NCBI GenBank assembly: GCA_050010455.1
Contig: JBEKLA010000002.1
Span: 1 to 50,596 of the forward strand
Reading direction: 5' to 3'
DNA from: Candidatus Binataceae bacterium
GTDB lineage: Bacteria; Desulfobacterota; Binatia; Binatales; Binataceae
DNA: 50,596 nucleotides
Below are positions 19,156 to 29,397 of this stretch, in pieces (within the stretch, counting starts at the first letter, position 1; each line of letters opens with the position of its first letter). The position numbers and the translations under genes are program-made. The notes beneath the pieces were generated by a model, which was given only the letters and a program-made list of their open reading frames with translations, ran no database searches and was not told the origin of the DNA.

Positions 19156-20538
19156 TCAGCCCCTCGCTTCCGAGCGCGCGCTCTCGACGCGAGCGATCAC
19201 GGCGGCCGCCGCCGCGCGGCCGGAAATCACCGCGCTCTCGATCGTTGCGGGCAGGCCGGTTTGGATCCAATCGCCGGCGAGGAACAGATTGGGGATCGGC
19301 GTCACCGTGCCCGGACGGATCGCGTGCGAATCGGGCGCCGGCGCCATCGTCGCCTGTTTCTCCTTGAGCACCAGCGCTTTTATTACCTTGGCCTCGCGCG
19401 CCGCAGGCACCATCGCGCGGAGGTCGTCCATCACCTGGTCGAGCAACTCTTCGTTCGACCGATCGACCAGCGCGCGTGCCCCGCTGATCACGAAGCTGAG
19501 ATATCCGGGATGATGGTCGCCGCTTTGAGCGAAAATCTTGCGTTTGTTGAATAGCCACTGAGTAGTGGTGCCGATGAATCCGACAAAAGCGGAATCGATT
19601 ACTTCGCGATCCAGCCAGACGTGAACGCAGATAATCGGCGAGTATCGCAGCCCGGTTATGCGCGCGAAGAACGGATCGTCAGCGATGCCCGGTGGCAGCA
19701 TCTGCAGCAAAGGTCCCCACGGCACCGCCGCGATAAAGTTGGCAGCATTGAGGCTGCCGCCATCGCGCAATCGGACGCGCTCGATTACGCCGCCGACGCC
19801 GAGTTCGAGCGCTTCGACGCCGGTGCGCGACGTCACCACGCCGTCGCGACGCTGGATAAACTCCGCGGCGGCAGCGCAATAAAGATCGCTCAGCCCGACC
19901 TTGGAGTAGACGAAGGCCGAGTCGCGGCGGCGCGCGAAGAAGGCGCGTTTCAGCACCTCGGCAAGCGGCGCCGATGATGCGAGTTTCGGCTCTTCGTTCA
20001 GCGTCGCGATAGTCAGCGGATACCAAAAGCTCTGGCGCGCGCGTTCCGACTGGCCCAGACGGTCCATAAGAGTTGCGACGTCGGTTTGTTCGAGCGCGGG
20101 GTGATCCGAGCGGCGCATTGCGAGCAGTCGTAATCCAGCCCGCAGGAGGCTCGCTCTTTCGCGGAGACTCAGATGTCCGTAGCGCAGCACGGCGGCGGTC
20201 ATATGGAACGGGCCGGGTAGGCGCCCGGTGCGAAGGGTCGCGCGCGCTCCGCCTGGTGCGACCATTTCGATCTCGAGATTTTCGAGGAAGACCAGCTTGT
20301 CGTAAGTGCCAATCTTTTTGAGGAAATCGAGCGTCTCGGCGTAGCATCCCATCAGCACGTGCTGGCCATTATCGACGAAATCACCGCTCTCAGGATCGAT
20401 AAACGAGTAGGCGCGGCCGCCCAGCGCCGGCTTGCGCTCGAGTACCGCGACGCGAAAGCCGCGCTCGGCCAGCGCGACGCCTGCGCTCAGGCCGGCGAAG
20501 CCTCCGCCGATTACAACCACGTCGCGGTCGTCCGCCAT
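19156..20538 (-). CDS. hpnE: Hydroxysqualene dehydroxylase
   Basis: IGGGFAGLSA, GGRAYSF, DNGQHVLMGCY, EKQAT, LAGDW..TGLPATIESAV. Confidence 0.93.
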   Translation of the reverse strand: MADDRDVVVIGGGFAGLSAGVALAERGFRVAVLERKPALGGRAYSFIDPESGDFVDNGQHVLMGCYAETLDFLKKIGTYDKLVFLENLEIEMVAPGGARATLRTGRLPGPFHMTAAVLRYGHLSLRERASLLRAGLRLLAMRRSDHPALEQTDVATLMDRLGQSERARQSFWYPLTIATLNEEPKLASSAPLAEVLKRAFFARRRDSAFVYSKVGLSDLYCAAAAEFIQRRDGVVTSRTGVEALELGVGGVIERVRLRDGGSLNAANFIAAVPWGPLLQMLPPGIADDPFFARITGLRYSPIICVHVWLDREVIDSAFVGFIGTTTQWLFNKRKIFAQSGDHHPGYLSFVISGARALVDRSNEELLDQVMDDLRAMVPAAREAKVIKALVLKEKQATMAPAPDSHAIRPGTVTPIPNLFLAGDWIQTGLPATIESAVISGRAAAAAVIARVESARSEARG

Positions 20539-20547
20539 CGGGCTTTG

Positions 20548-21444
20548 CTAGCGCGCGAGAGACCAGCGGTGCGCGCTGGCCCACGCGCGTCCGACCAGGA
20601 AGAGCTTGCGCGGCGTTGACAGTCGATGGCGGTGGTCGAGCACGCGATAGTTCGAATCGACGATCTGCCGCAGGATCGCACCGTAGATAAGACGCATCGC
20701 CTCCGCCGCCAGCAGCGTTGGGCGGTCCTCGGCCGGCAGTGCCCGCTCGGCCTGTTCGTAATATGATTGCGCGCGCTCGGCCTCGAATCGCATCAGGCGC
20801 TCGAAGCGATCGCTGTGCGTGGCGGCGAGGATTTCCTGTTCACTGACGCCGAAGCGCGCCAGGTCTTCGAGCGGCAGATAAATCCGCCCGCGGGCCGCGT
20901 CTTCGCTCACGTCGCGCAGGATATTGGTGAGTTGAAAGGCGATGCCGAGGTTCTCCGCGTACAGGCGCGTTTGCTGGTTGCGATAGCCGAAGATCTCGAT
21001 GCAGATCAAACCCACCGCTGAGGCGACGCGATAGCAGTAAAGGCGGAGCTCGTCGAAAGTTGAGTAACGTTTGCGCTCCAGGTCCATCTCGACGCCGGCG
21101 ATCACTTCCTCGAACCAGCGCCGCGGGATGTTGAAGCGCGCGGCGCTGTCGGCCAGCGCGCGCGAGATAGCTCGGGTCGGCGCACCGCCGTAAACGCGAT
21201 CGAGTTCTTCGCGCCAGCGCGCGAGAAGGCTTGCCGCGTCACCGATAGTCTCGTCGTCGGCGATATCGTCGATGAAGCGGCAGAAGGCATAAACGGAATA
21301 GAGCGCGCGGCGGCGCTCGGCCGCCAGCAGCATGAACGCATAGTAGAAGTTGGAAGAAGAGCGGCGGGTTATTTCGGCGCAGCGCGCGAAATCCGCCTCA
21401 AGCTGGCGCGAATCAATCGCGCTTATCGCTGCATCCGGAGCCAA
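20548..21444 (-). CDS. hpnD: Presqualene diphosphate synthase
   Basis: SSNFYYAF, FCRFIDDIAD, YCYRVASAVG, FQLTNILRDV.ED, GRIYLP; TTG start 21444 has a GGAGG RBS. Confidence 0.92.
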   Translation of the reverse strand: MAPDAAISAIDSRQLEADFARCAEITRRSSSNFYYAFMLLAAERRRALYSVYAFCRFIDDIADDETIGDAASLLARWREELDRVYGGAPTRAISRALADSAARFNIPRRWFEEVIAGVEMDLERKRYSTFDELRLYCYRVASAVGLICIEIFGYRNQQTRLYAENLGIAFQLTNILRDVSEDAARGRIYLPLEDLARFGVSEQEILAATHSDRFERLMRFEAERAQSYYEQAERALPAEDRPTLLAAEAMRLIYGAILRQIVDSNYRVLDHRHRLSTPRKLFLVGRAWASAHRWSLAR

Positions 21445-21448
21445 GTGC

Positions 21449-22348
21449 TCAGACCTCCAACCGCCCGCCAAGCGCGTGCCATCCGAGCTTCAGGTAGTCG
21501 AATTTGCTTAGCGTCGGACGCCGGCGGAAAACGTCGTAATCAACTTTTTCGATCGCGCGCAGGATGGCAAGCCCGCCGCCCGCGAACATCAGGATGTCGC
21601 GCTTAAGACGCCTGTCGACGAGGCCGCTCAGCGCCGCGCCGCTGCGCAGCAGATCGCGCGCGAACGCGACTTCGTGTGCCATCAGCTCGGCAAAATTACG
21701 ATTGACGACTGCGCGATCGAGTTCCTCGACGCTGTAGCCGAATCGCTCCATATCGCGGCGCGGAAAATAGATTCGCCCTTTGGCGCGATCGATCGCGACG
21801 TCCTGCCAGAAGTTGGCTAGCTGCAAGCCGCTGCAGATCCGATCGGAGAGTTCCTGGCGCTCAGAGTCGCGATAGCCGAATAGGTATAGCACCAGCCGCC
21901 CGACCGGATTGGCGGAGTAACGGCAGTAGCCCAGCACGTCCTCGATAGTATCGAAGCCTTTGAAATCGACGTCCGAGCGGAACGCGCGCAGCAGGTCGGC
22001 GAACGGCTCGCGCGGGATATTGAAGCGCATAACAGTGTCGGCAAGGGCCACGAACACCGGATGGCGCGGCGTGCCAGCGTAAGCGAGGTCGAGTTCGCGC
22101 TCCCATCCGTCGAGCTTGGCGAGGTCATGCTCTTCGTCGGCGAAGTCGTCGGCCATTCGCGAGTAAGCGTAGATGGCATACATGTGCGGGCGCATCGCGC
22201 GCGGCATCAGCCACGACGCAATCGTGAAATTTTCGTAATGGGAACGGGCGAGCCGCGCGCACCACTCGTAGGCGTCGGCGAGCGCCTGCTCCGGCGCCGG
22301 CGCGATGCCGGCGCGACCGTGCTCGGCAATCGCGCGCTCCGAGGCCAT
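21449..22348 (-). CDS. hpnC: Hydroxysqualene synthase (squalene synthase HpnC)
   Basis: HYENFTIAS, ADDFADE, YCRYSANPVGRLVL, LQLANFWQDV; start at ATG 22348. Confidence 0.93.
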   Translation of the reverse strand: MASERAIAEHGRAGIAPAPEQALADAYEWCARLARSHYENFTIASWLMPRAMRPHMYAIYAYSRMADDFADEEHDLAKLDGWERELDLAYAGTPRHPVFVALADTVMRFNIPREPFADLLRAFRSDVDFKGFDTIEDVLGYCRYSANPVGRLVLYLFGYRDSERQELSDRICSGLQLANFWQDVAIDRAKGRIYFPRRDMERFGYSVEELDRAVVNRNFAELMAHEVAFARDLLRSGAALSGLVDRRLKRDILMFAGGGLAILRAIEKVDYDVFRRRPTLSKFDYLKLGWHALGGRLEV

Positions 22349-22353
22349 CGCGT

Positions 22354-23508
22354 TCAGGCTGCGATCAGCTCGCGCGCCGCCGCGCGGGCCCATCGGTCAA
22401 CCTCAAGCGAGTCCTCGAGGCTCGGGGCGGGCCGACAGTCATGGCGTTGCATGACAGCTTCGATGTGACGCGGGATATCGACGAACCGAACCCTATTTGC
22501 CAGAAAGGCCGCCACCAACTCTTCGTTCGCGGCATTGAGGCACGCAGGCATCGTGCCGCCCGCATCCAGCGCCTCGTACGCCAGCCGCAGACACGAGAAC
22601 CGTTCGAGATCGGGAGCTTCGAAGGTTAGCTTCGCGCACTCCAGCAACGAGAGCGGCTTCAGATGGGTGAGCGGCAGACGCTCGGGATAGGCGAGGGCGT
22701 AAGCAACCGGTATCGCCATGTCGGGAATCGCCATCTCGGCGATCACCGATCCGTCGATCATCTCGACCATCGAATGAATCACACTCTGTGGGTGAACCAC
22801 CACCGAGATGCGTTCGGGCGGGAGATCGAACAGCCACCGTGCTTCGATAACTTCGAGCCCCTTGTTCATCATCGTGGCCGAGTCGATCGTGATCTTGTTG
22901 CCCATGTTCCAGGTCGGATGGTTGAGCGCATCGGCGATCGTGATCGACGAAAAGCGCTCGCGGGGAAGCTCGCGGAACGGTCCGCCCGACGCGGTCAGGA
23001 CGACACGCTTCACCGTCGCGCGATCGCGTCCTTCCAGGCATTGAAAAATCGCGTTGTGCTCGCTGTCGACCGGAAGCAATCGGACGCCGCGAGCGCGGGC
23101 GGCGCTTGTTACCAGCTCGCCCGCAACGACCATGACTTCCTTATTGGCGAAAGCGATATCTTTGCCGGCTTCGATCGCGCCCAGCGTCGGACGCAGCCCG
23201 AGTGCACCCACCATCGCCGAGACCACCATTTCGGCCTCGGGATGAGTCGCGACAGCGAGCGCGCCCTCCGGGCCGGACGTGATCTTGACTTCAGCCGGTC
23301 CCAGGACGGCGCGGAGCCGATGCGCAAGCTCGGCCGTCGCGACTGATACCAACTCGGGATGGAAGCGTCGAATCTGTTTGGCCAGCAGTTCGAGATTATT
23401 CCCTGCCGCCAATGACGCGACGCGAAAGCGATCGCTGAAGCGGCCCACCACATCCAGCGTGGTCACTCCCACGGAGCCGGTGGAGCCGAGTATCGCGAGC
23501 GTCTTCAT
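22354..23508 (-). CDS. dxr: 1-deoxy-D-xylulose-5-phosphate reductoisomerase
   Basis: LGSTGSVG, ANKE, LPVDSEHNAIFQ, TASGGPF, HPTWNMGNKITIDSATMMNKGLEVIEA. Confidence 0.97.
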   Translation of the reverse strand: MKTLAILGSTGSVGVTTLDVVGRFSDRFRVASLAAGNNLELLAKQIRRFHPELVSVATAELAHRLRAVLGPAEVKITSGPEGALAVATHPEAEMVVSAMVGALGLRPTLGAIEAGKDIAFANKEVMVVAGELVTSAARARGVRLLPVDSEHNAIFQCLEGRDRATVKRVVLTASGGPFRELPRERFSSITIADALNHPTWNMGNKITIDSATMMNKGLEVIEARWLFDLPPERISVVVHPQSVIHSMVEMIDGSVIAEMAIPDMAIPVAYALAYPERLPLTHLKPLSLLECAKLTFEAPDLERFSCLRLAYEALDAGGTMPACLNAANEELVAAFLANRVRFVDIPRHIEAVMQRHDCRPAPSLEDSLEVDRWARAAARELIAA

Positions 23509-23524
23509 CGAATTCGCACACGCC

Positions 23525-25564
23525 CTACGAGTGCATTTCAGCGAGGCGGCGGCGGAAGCGGCCCAACGCCATCAGCGGAAAGTAGTGCGGGTACAAGTAA
23601 TAACGCAAATAGAAATGATTCGGAAATCCGGTGCCGGTGAAGGCCTGTTCGTCCCAGGCGCCAAAGGCATTCTGGCGTTCCACCAGCCATCTGACGCCGC
23701 TTCTCACGTTGTCGCTGATAGCGTCTTCGCCCGCCAGCAGGCCGATCAACGCCCATGCGGTTTGCGACGCGGTGCTTTCGCCGCGGCCGTGCCAGAACGG
23801 GTCCTTGTCGCTAAGGCAGCTTTCGCCCCATCCGCCGTCGGGATTCTGCCTTTGCTTGAGCCATCGCACCGCGCGCTGGATCCATTCTTGATTGAGGTCT
23901 ACGCCGATCGCGCGCAATCCCGCCAGGGCGGAGAAAGTGCCGTAAATATAATTGACGCCCCATCGCCCCCACCACGAGCCGTCGATTTCCTGCTCGCGCT
24001 TGAGCCAATCGATAGCGCGGCGCGCTGTTGGATGTTCGGCGCGATAGCCCAGCGCGCCCATCATCTCCAGAACCCGCCCGGTAAGATCGGGGCAGCTTGG
24101 ATCGGTGACCGCCTCGACGTCGGCGAATGGCGCCTGACTAAGCCAGTGCGAGTCGTTGTCAACGTCGAAGGCAGCGAACCCGCCGTCGCGCGACTGCATG
24201 CCGATCACCCAGTTGCAACCGGCGCGAATCGCACGTTCCTTGGCCTCGCGATCGCCGATCGCGGTGCTAGCCAGCACGCACAGAATTACAGCCGAATCGT
24301 CCACGTCGGGGTAATGATCGTTGAAAAACTGGAATGCCCATCCGCCCGGCTCGAGGTCTGGCCGTTTGACCGACCAATCGCCGCGTCTGAAAACCTGATT
24401 GTCCAGGAACCATCTGGCCACTTTGGCGAGCGATTCGTCACGCGGGCTGAGATCGGATTCAAGCAGCGCCTTGGCGGCCAACGCGCTATCCCAGTTGGGG
24501 GATACGCACGGCATGCACAGCGCTTTGTCGCCGAAGTCCCAGATCAGCTCGCGCGAGGCTTCGAGCGCTTTGCGGACCACGGGATGCTCGTTGCGGTAGC
24601 CGAGCGCCTTGAGCGCCATCGTGCTCAGCAAGTAGCAAGGCTCGATTCCGCCCCACGAGCCATTGGCGTCCTGACGCTGTAGAATCCAGCTTTCAGCGCG
24701 CTGGATGGCGCGATCGCGCAAGCCCTTGAGATGGTGGCGATCATAGAACTTGAGCAGCTTGTCCGCGATGTTGAGCGCGTTGCGCAGCGACAGCAGCCGT
24801 CGGCCGCGGAGCGTGGCGAACTTGGTAAAATGAGGTGGCTGGATATAAAGCTCGAGCACGCCCTCGCGATATTCGACTTTGACCGTGGGGCGCATCGCCT
24901 GCAACAGCATCAGGCCGAACACCGTGCCGCGCGCCCACGAACTTAGTTCGTACACGTTTCCCGGGGACCAGTCGGGAAGCAGCGCCAGTTCTACCGGCAC
25001 GGCGGGCGTCGCATCCCACGGCACCTGGCCCATCGCGGCCAGGTAAAAGCGCGGCAAGGTGCCTGCGGCAGCGATTCCGCCGCGAGCGAGGATCCAGCGC
25101 CGCGCTTTGGCCATCGGCTCGTCGCCGGCCCGCATGCCCGCTAGCTTAAGGGCGAAGTAGGCCTCGATGCTGCTGGAGAGATAGCCTTTGCCGCCGGCGA
25201 ACAGGTTCCAGCTACCGTCGGGCTGTTGCAATTCCAGCAGCAGGCGCTTGAGCTTGGTTTCGAGCTCCAGATCGACGACGCCCATGAAACGGTTGAAGAT
25301 GATGAACTCGGCGTTCATCTGGGCGTTGGCTTCAAGCGGCGCGTGCCAATAGCCACGTTCGTTCTGAAGCGAGAGCAGGGAGTGCTGTGCGCGCCCGATC
25401 ACGCGATCGAGTTGGGTGGGGAAATCGGCCGGCGCGGAATCGATCGCGCGAGCCGCGAAGTTCTCGGCCTGAATGATGTCGCTCATATTTCCGGGCGCGC
25501 CGTTTACAACACCCAATTTCTCGTCAGGATCCAGGCCACTCGTGTTCGGGTCCAAGGCGACCAT
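23525..25564 (-). CDS. shc: Squalene-hopene cyclase
   Basis: QW repeats (QQPDGSW, QDANGSWGG, QNPDGGWGE), catalytic YPDVDDSA, GTGFP..FYLRY..Y; start at ATG 25564. Confidence 0.97.
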   Translation of the reverse strand: MVALDPNTSGLDPDEKLGVVNGAPGNMSDIIQAENFAARAIDSAPADFPTQLDRVIGRAQHSLLSLQNERGYWHAPLEANAQMNAEFIIFNRFMGVVDLELETKLKRLLLELQQPDGSWNLFAGGKGYLSSSIEAYFALKLAGMRAGDEPMAKARRWILARGGIAAAGTLPRFYLAAMGQVPWDATPAVPVELALLPDWSPGNVYELSSWARGTVFGLMLLQAMRPTVKVEYREGVLELYIQPPHFTKFATLRGRRLLSLRNALNIADKLLKFYDRHHLKGLRDRAIQRAESWILQRQDANGSWGGIEPCYLLSTMALKALGYRNEHPVVRKALEASRELIWDFGDKALCMPCVSPNWDSALAAKALLESDLSPRDESLAKVARWFLDNQVFRRGDWSVKRPDLEPGGWAFQFFNDHYPDVDDSAVILCVLASTAIGDREAKERAIRAGCNWVIGMQSRDGGFAAFDVDNDSHWLSQAPFADVEAVTDPSCPDLTGRVLEMMGALGYRAEHPTARRAIDWLKREQEIDGSWWGRWGVNYIYGTFSALAGLRAIGVDLNQEWIQRAVRWLKQRQNPDGGWGESCLSDKDPFWHGRGESTASQTAWALIGLLAGEDAISDNVRSGVRWLVERQNAFGAWDEQAFTGTGFPNHFYLRYYLYPHYFPLMALGRFRRRLAEMHS

Positions 25565-25566
25565 GA

Positions 25567-26664
25567 TTAGGGTATCACCGCGCACTTCAGAATCGCGCCG
25601 CGCTCGAGCAACTCGAACATCTCGCCCAACTCGCTCAGGCGCCGGCGGGCGTTGATGATTCGTCCGGCGTTGAGGGTCCTGTCGCGCAGCATCTCGAAGG
25701 CGAGCTTGACATCGCGGGGGCGGAAATGAAACGGCGCCAGCAGACTCAGATTGTCGTAATGCATCCGCCGCGTATCGACGCTCAGGCTGGTGTTGGCGGG
25801 GCATCCTCCGAAGAACACCACGCGTCCGCCGCGTCTCACCCAGCGCATCGACTCCTGCCATCCCGCGACCTGGCCGGTCGATTCGATCACCAGGTCGGGG
25901 CCGTGGCCGCCATTGAGGCGTGACATCTCGTGGGCGAGATCGGCTCGATCGATATCGATCACGAGATCGGCGCCCAGTTCGGCGGCCTTCTTGAGGCGAT
26001 TCTGTCGGCGGCCGGCGATCACCACCTGGCTTACGCCACGGGCCTTGAGCACGAGCAGATGCAACAGGCCAAACGGTCCCGCTCCCAGAATCAAGGCGGT
26101 TTCGAATTTCTCGGCGCGTGCCATCTCTTGAGCGTGGAGCACGCAGGACAGCGGTTCGAGCAGGGCTGCTTCTTCAAACGTCAGCGATGCGGGCTTCTTG
26201 AACGCGTTGCGCGCGACCACATGCGGCGGCAACAGGAGATAGTCGGCATAGGCGCCCAGCACCATCTGCTCCATGACTTGGGGGCAGAGATTCTCCTGAC
26301 CGCGATTGCAGTGGAAGCAATCGCCGCAGGGCGCCGTCGGCGCGGCCATGACAGAGTCGCCCACTTCGAACTTGTTCACGCCCTCGCCGACCTCGACCAC
26401 CACGCCTGAAAATTCGTGTCCGAACAGCGTCGGCAGATGGAACAGCGGATGGCCGCGGCGGAAGGTCTTCAAGTCTGTGCCGCAACTGAGCGCGCATTTG
26501 ATCGCGATCAGAACCGCGCCGGGTCCGGGACTGGGCGGTTCGAACTCGCGCAACTCCAAGCGGCCAGGGGCGACCAGCACCGCCTGACGCGGCCGTCCGG
26601 TCTCCGTCCACGTGCCCGCACGAGGCGGGCGATGATCGATTGCGATCGCGGCTTGATTATTCAC
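25567..26664 (-). CDS. Zinc-binding medium-chain dehydrogenase (polyol/sorbitol dehydrogenase-like)
   Basis: CGTD, GHEFSG, CGDCFHC..GQENLC structural Zn site, GAGPFG; GTG start overlaps ispA stop. Confidence 0.9.
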   Translation of the reverse strand: MNNQAAIAIDHRPPRAGTWTETGRPRQAVLVAPGRLELREFEPPSPGPGAVLIAIKCALSCGTDLKTFRRGHPLFHLPTLFGHEFSGVVVEVGEGVNKFEVGDSVMAAPTAPCGDCFHCNRGQENLCPQVMEQMVLGAYADYLLLPPHVVARNAFKKPASLTFEEAALLEPLSCVLHAQEMARAEKFETALILGAGPFGLLHLLVLKARGVSQVVIAGRRQNRLKKAAELGADLVIDIDRADLAHEMSRLNGGHGPDLVIESTGQVAGWQESMRWVRRGGRVVFFGGCPANTSLSVDTRRMHYDNLSLLAPFHFRPRDVKLAFEMLRDRTLNAGRIINARRRLSELGEMFELLERGAILKCAVIP

Positions 26665-27617
26665 AGATTTCGCTCCACCACGAAGCTTGCGATCCGGCGC
26701 AGCGCCTCGGCGCGCTCGTCGAAGGACGAGAGCGCCTGATGCGCGCGGATCACCAGGCTGCGCGCAAACTCACGCGACTGTTCGAGCCCGAGCAATGTGG
26801 GATAGGTGGCCTTGCCGCGGGCTTCGTCCTTATGCGTGCGCTTGCCCATCTGTTCGGTCGACGCCTCGACATCGAGAATGTCGTCGGCGACCTGAAAGGC
26901 GAGACCCAGCGCACGCCCGTAAGCACTCAACCTTTCCAGCTGATCCTCATCCGCCCCGCCCAGCCGAGCGCCGCCGCGAACCGCAGCCAAAAACAACGCG
27001 CCGGTCTTCTTGCTATGCAGATACTCCAATTGGTCGAGATTGGTGGGCACGCCTTCGCTCAAAATATCGATCGCTTGGCCAGCCACCATTCCTCCCGAAC
27101 CCGCCGCGTCCGCCAACTCCGCGACGACTTCCAGCACCACCGCGGGCGGCACACCTTCTCCGGAGCGGGCCAGCACCTTGAAGGCGTCAGTCAGCAGGGC
27201 ATCGCCGGCCAGCGTTGCCATCGCCTCGCCGTAGACCTTGTGATTGGTGGGCTTGCCGCGGCGCAGGTCGTCGTCGTCCATGCACGGCAGATCGTCATGG
27301 ATCATCGAGTAGGTGTGGATCATCTCGAGCGCGCAGCCGAGCCCGGTCGCGTTTTCAAGACGTCCGCCAACCGCTTCGCAAGCCGCCAGGGCCAACACCG
27401 GGCGAACCCGCTTGCCGCCGGCGAAAAGACTGTAGCGCATCGCCTCGAACAGCGATGCGGCGGAAGTTCCGGGCTGTTCAGGCAAAGCGTCCGCCAGAGC
27501 GGCCTCGATAAACCGGCAGCGCTCCTTCAGATAGTCGGCGAGGACCAAGCCGCCATCACGCGGCGACCCGGTACTCGGGCGGGAAGCTGTTACTCGATCT
27601 GACTTGGTGCTTTGCAT
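26661..27617 (-). CDS. ispA: Farnesyl diphosphate synthase (polyprenyl synthetase)
   Basis: GGKRVRP, IHDDLPCMDDDDLRRGKPT, KKTGAL, FQVADDILD, KATYP. Confidence 0.93.
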   Translation of the reverse strand: MQSTKSDRVTASRPSTGSPRDGGLVLADYLKERCRFIEAALADALPEQPGTSAASLFEAMRYSLFAGGKRVRPVLALAACEAVGGRLENATGLGCALEMIHTYSMIHDDLPCMDDDDLRRGKPTNHKVYGEAMATLAGDALLTDAFKVLARSGEGVPPAVVLEVVAELADAAGSGGMVAGQAIDILSEGVPTNLDQLEYLHSKKTGALFLAAVRGGARLGGADEDQLERLSAYGRALGLAFQVADDILDVEASTEQMGKRTHKDEARGKATYPTLLGLEQSREFARSLVIRAHQALSSFDERAEALRRIASFVVERNL

Positions 27618-27720
27618 CGCTTAATCGCTGGGCCCATAACCCGGACATCCGTTCGCTCAACCTCCGCGACTCAGACGCTCGGACGATCCGAACGCATCCC
27701 CTCTCGCCACCTTGACCCGC

Positions 27721-28731
27721 TCAAGAGATGTAATGACGCACCATCTGCCACGTGTCCTTCAGGTTCTTGCCGAAATCGAGCGCCACCGTTCCTTCGAAGC
27801 CCGAATGCAACTTGCAGTTGCGGCAGCGGATATCCTGCCTGGTCCGATAGAACTCCCAATCCGTGGCCGCGTGCATTTCTTTGAACGTCCGATAGTGACC
27901 GTTCGTTATAAGATAGCATGGACCCTTCCAGCCCTGCGGATTGCGCGTCACCGTCGTCCACGGGCTGCACAAGAGGTCACGCTCGCCGGCCAGAAACTGG
28001 AGATATATCGGGGTGTTGATAATCTTGTGATCGGAAGCGAGCTGCTTGATCTGCTTGAACTTGTACGGCATCTCGTCTGCTTTCAGATAGATGTCGTCGT
28101 TGGCGAGCACCTGATAGTGGTAGCCGGGCGTGAGCAGCATGCCGTCAACCCGCAGCCCCGTCAGCATCTGGATTAGCTCTTCAATTTCGTTGGAGCTGGT
28201 ATCGCGGAAAATCGTGGTATTGGTCTGGACCCGATAGCCCAGTTTCTTGAGCAGCTCGATCATCCGAACGCAGGTATCGAACACACCGTCACGATCCACG
28301 ACGCGATCGTGGGTTGACTTCATGCCGTCGATATGGATGTTGAAGCTGAGATAGGCGTTGGGCTCGACCTGCTTGACGAATCGTTCAAGCAACAGCGCGT
28401 TGGTACAGATCTGAACGTGGCGTTTGCGCTCGATCAGCCCTTTAGTGAGCGGCACGATATGCTTATACATGAGCGGCTCGCCGCCGCAGATCGAAACGAT
28501 CGGCGCGCCCGCCTCCTCCGCTGCCCCCAGCGCCTCTTCGAGCGGCATCTGATCGCGGATCGTGTCTTTGTACTCGACGATCCGCCCGCATCCGACACAG
28601 GCCAGATTGCAGGCATGCAAGGGCTCGAGCATCAGCACGATCGGAAAATATTTTTCGCCGGCCCGCTTCTTGGCGTTCATGTAGCGGGCCAAGTCAACCA
28701 TAAACCTTATAGGAACACGCATTTTCCCCAA
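27721..28731 (-). CDS. hpnH: Adenosyl-hopene transferase (radical SAM)
   Basis: VLMLEPLHACNLACVGCG, GGEPL, CSPW...GWKGPCYL, C..CKLHSGFE. Confidence 0.93.
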   Translation of the reverse strand: MGKMRVPIRFMVDLARYMNAKKRAGEKYFPIVLMLEPLHACNLACVGCGRIVEYKDTIRDQMPLEEALGAAEEAGAPIVSICGGEPLMYKHIVPLTKGLIERKRHVQICTNALLLERFVKQVEPNAYLSFNIHIDGMKSTHDRVVDRDGVFDTCVRMIELLKKLGYRVQTNTTIFRDTSSNEIEELIQMLTGLRVDGMLLTPGYHYQVLANDDIYLKADEMPYKFKQIKQLASDHKIINTPIYLQFLAGERDLLCSPWTTVTRNPQGWKGPCYLITNGHYRTFKEMHAATDWEFYRTRQDIRCRNCKLHSGFEGTVALDFGKNLKDTWQMVRHYIS

Positions 28732-28758
28732 CCATTCGCGCGCCGTAAGCGGCGCGAT

Positions 28759-29397
28759 TCAAGCTGCGCCAGCGGCCCCGGCCTCCGGCGCTTCGGGTGC
28801 CCCCTGGAACAAAAGCCCGGAGAGCATTTCGACCGGCCCCTGAAGATCGAAATCGGGCTTGCGGATAAACAATAGTTCGAGCAGGAAGCCGTTTAGCGCC
28901 GACAACAGGAAGCTTATCGTGCGCTCCGGATCCAGCTTCGACGAGCAAATTCCCTTGGCTTGGGCGCGACGAAACAGGTCAACCAACAGGCTCTGGTAGC
29001 CCTCGTAAAGCATGCGAATCTGGCTGGTAACGGCGTCAGGCACGTCATCGTCGTTCAGGATCCGGGTCAGGAAGAAGCGTACCGAGTTCGCGTTCTCGCG
29101 CACGAAGAGCAGGTACGATTCGATCAGCCGCCGCAATTGCGCGCGCTCGTCCAGTTCCCGTGATTCTTCGGCGAAATCGATATAATAGGGTTCGAGGAGC
29201 CGATTCAGCACCGCGATAAACAGCTCTTCCTTGGTCTTGAAGTGCCAGAAAATCAGCGCTTTGCTGACCTTGGCCTCACGCGCCACTTCCGCCATCGAAG
29301 TCTCATGAAAACCCCGTCCGGCAAAGATCTGCGTCGCGGCCTTTAGGATGTCATCCCGGGATTCCTGCGATTGTGCCCGCGATACGGCGCCAGTCAT
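28759..29397 (-). CDS. TetR/AcrR family transcriptional regulator
   Basis: ILKAATQIFAGRGFHETSMAEVAREAKVSKALIFWHFKTKEEL helix-turn-helix. Confidence 0.93.
   Translation of the reverse strand: MTGAVSRAQSQESRDDILKAATQIFAGRGFHETSMAEVAREAKVSKALIFWHFKTKEELFIAVLNRLLEPYYIDFAEESRELDERAQLRRLIESYLLFVRENANSVRFFLTRILNDDDVPDAVTSQIRMLYEGYQSLLVDLFRRAQAKGICSSKLDPERTISFLLSALNGFLLELLFIRKPDFDLQGPVEMLSGLLFQGAPEAPEAGAAGAA

Noticed and set aside
20548-22348. Carotenoid phytoene synthases (crtB)
   Set aside because: HYENF and SSNFY motifs plus adjacent hpnE and shc identify them as HpnC and HpnD
23279-24682. 467-aa plus-strand ORF
   Set aside because: Antisense to shc/dxr; no recognisable domain
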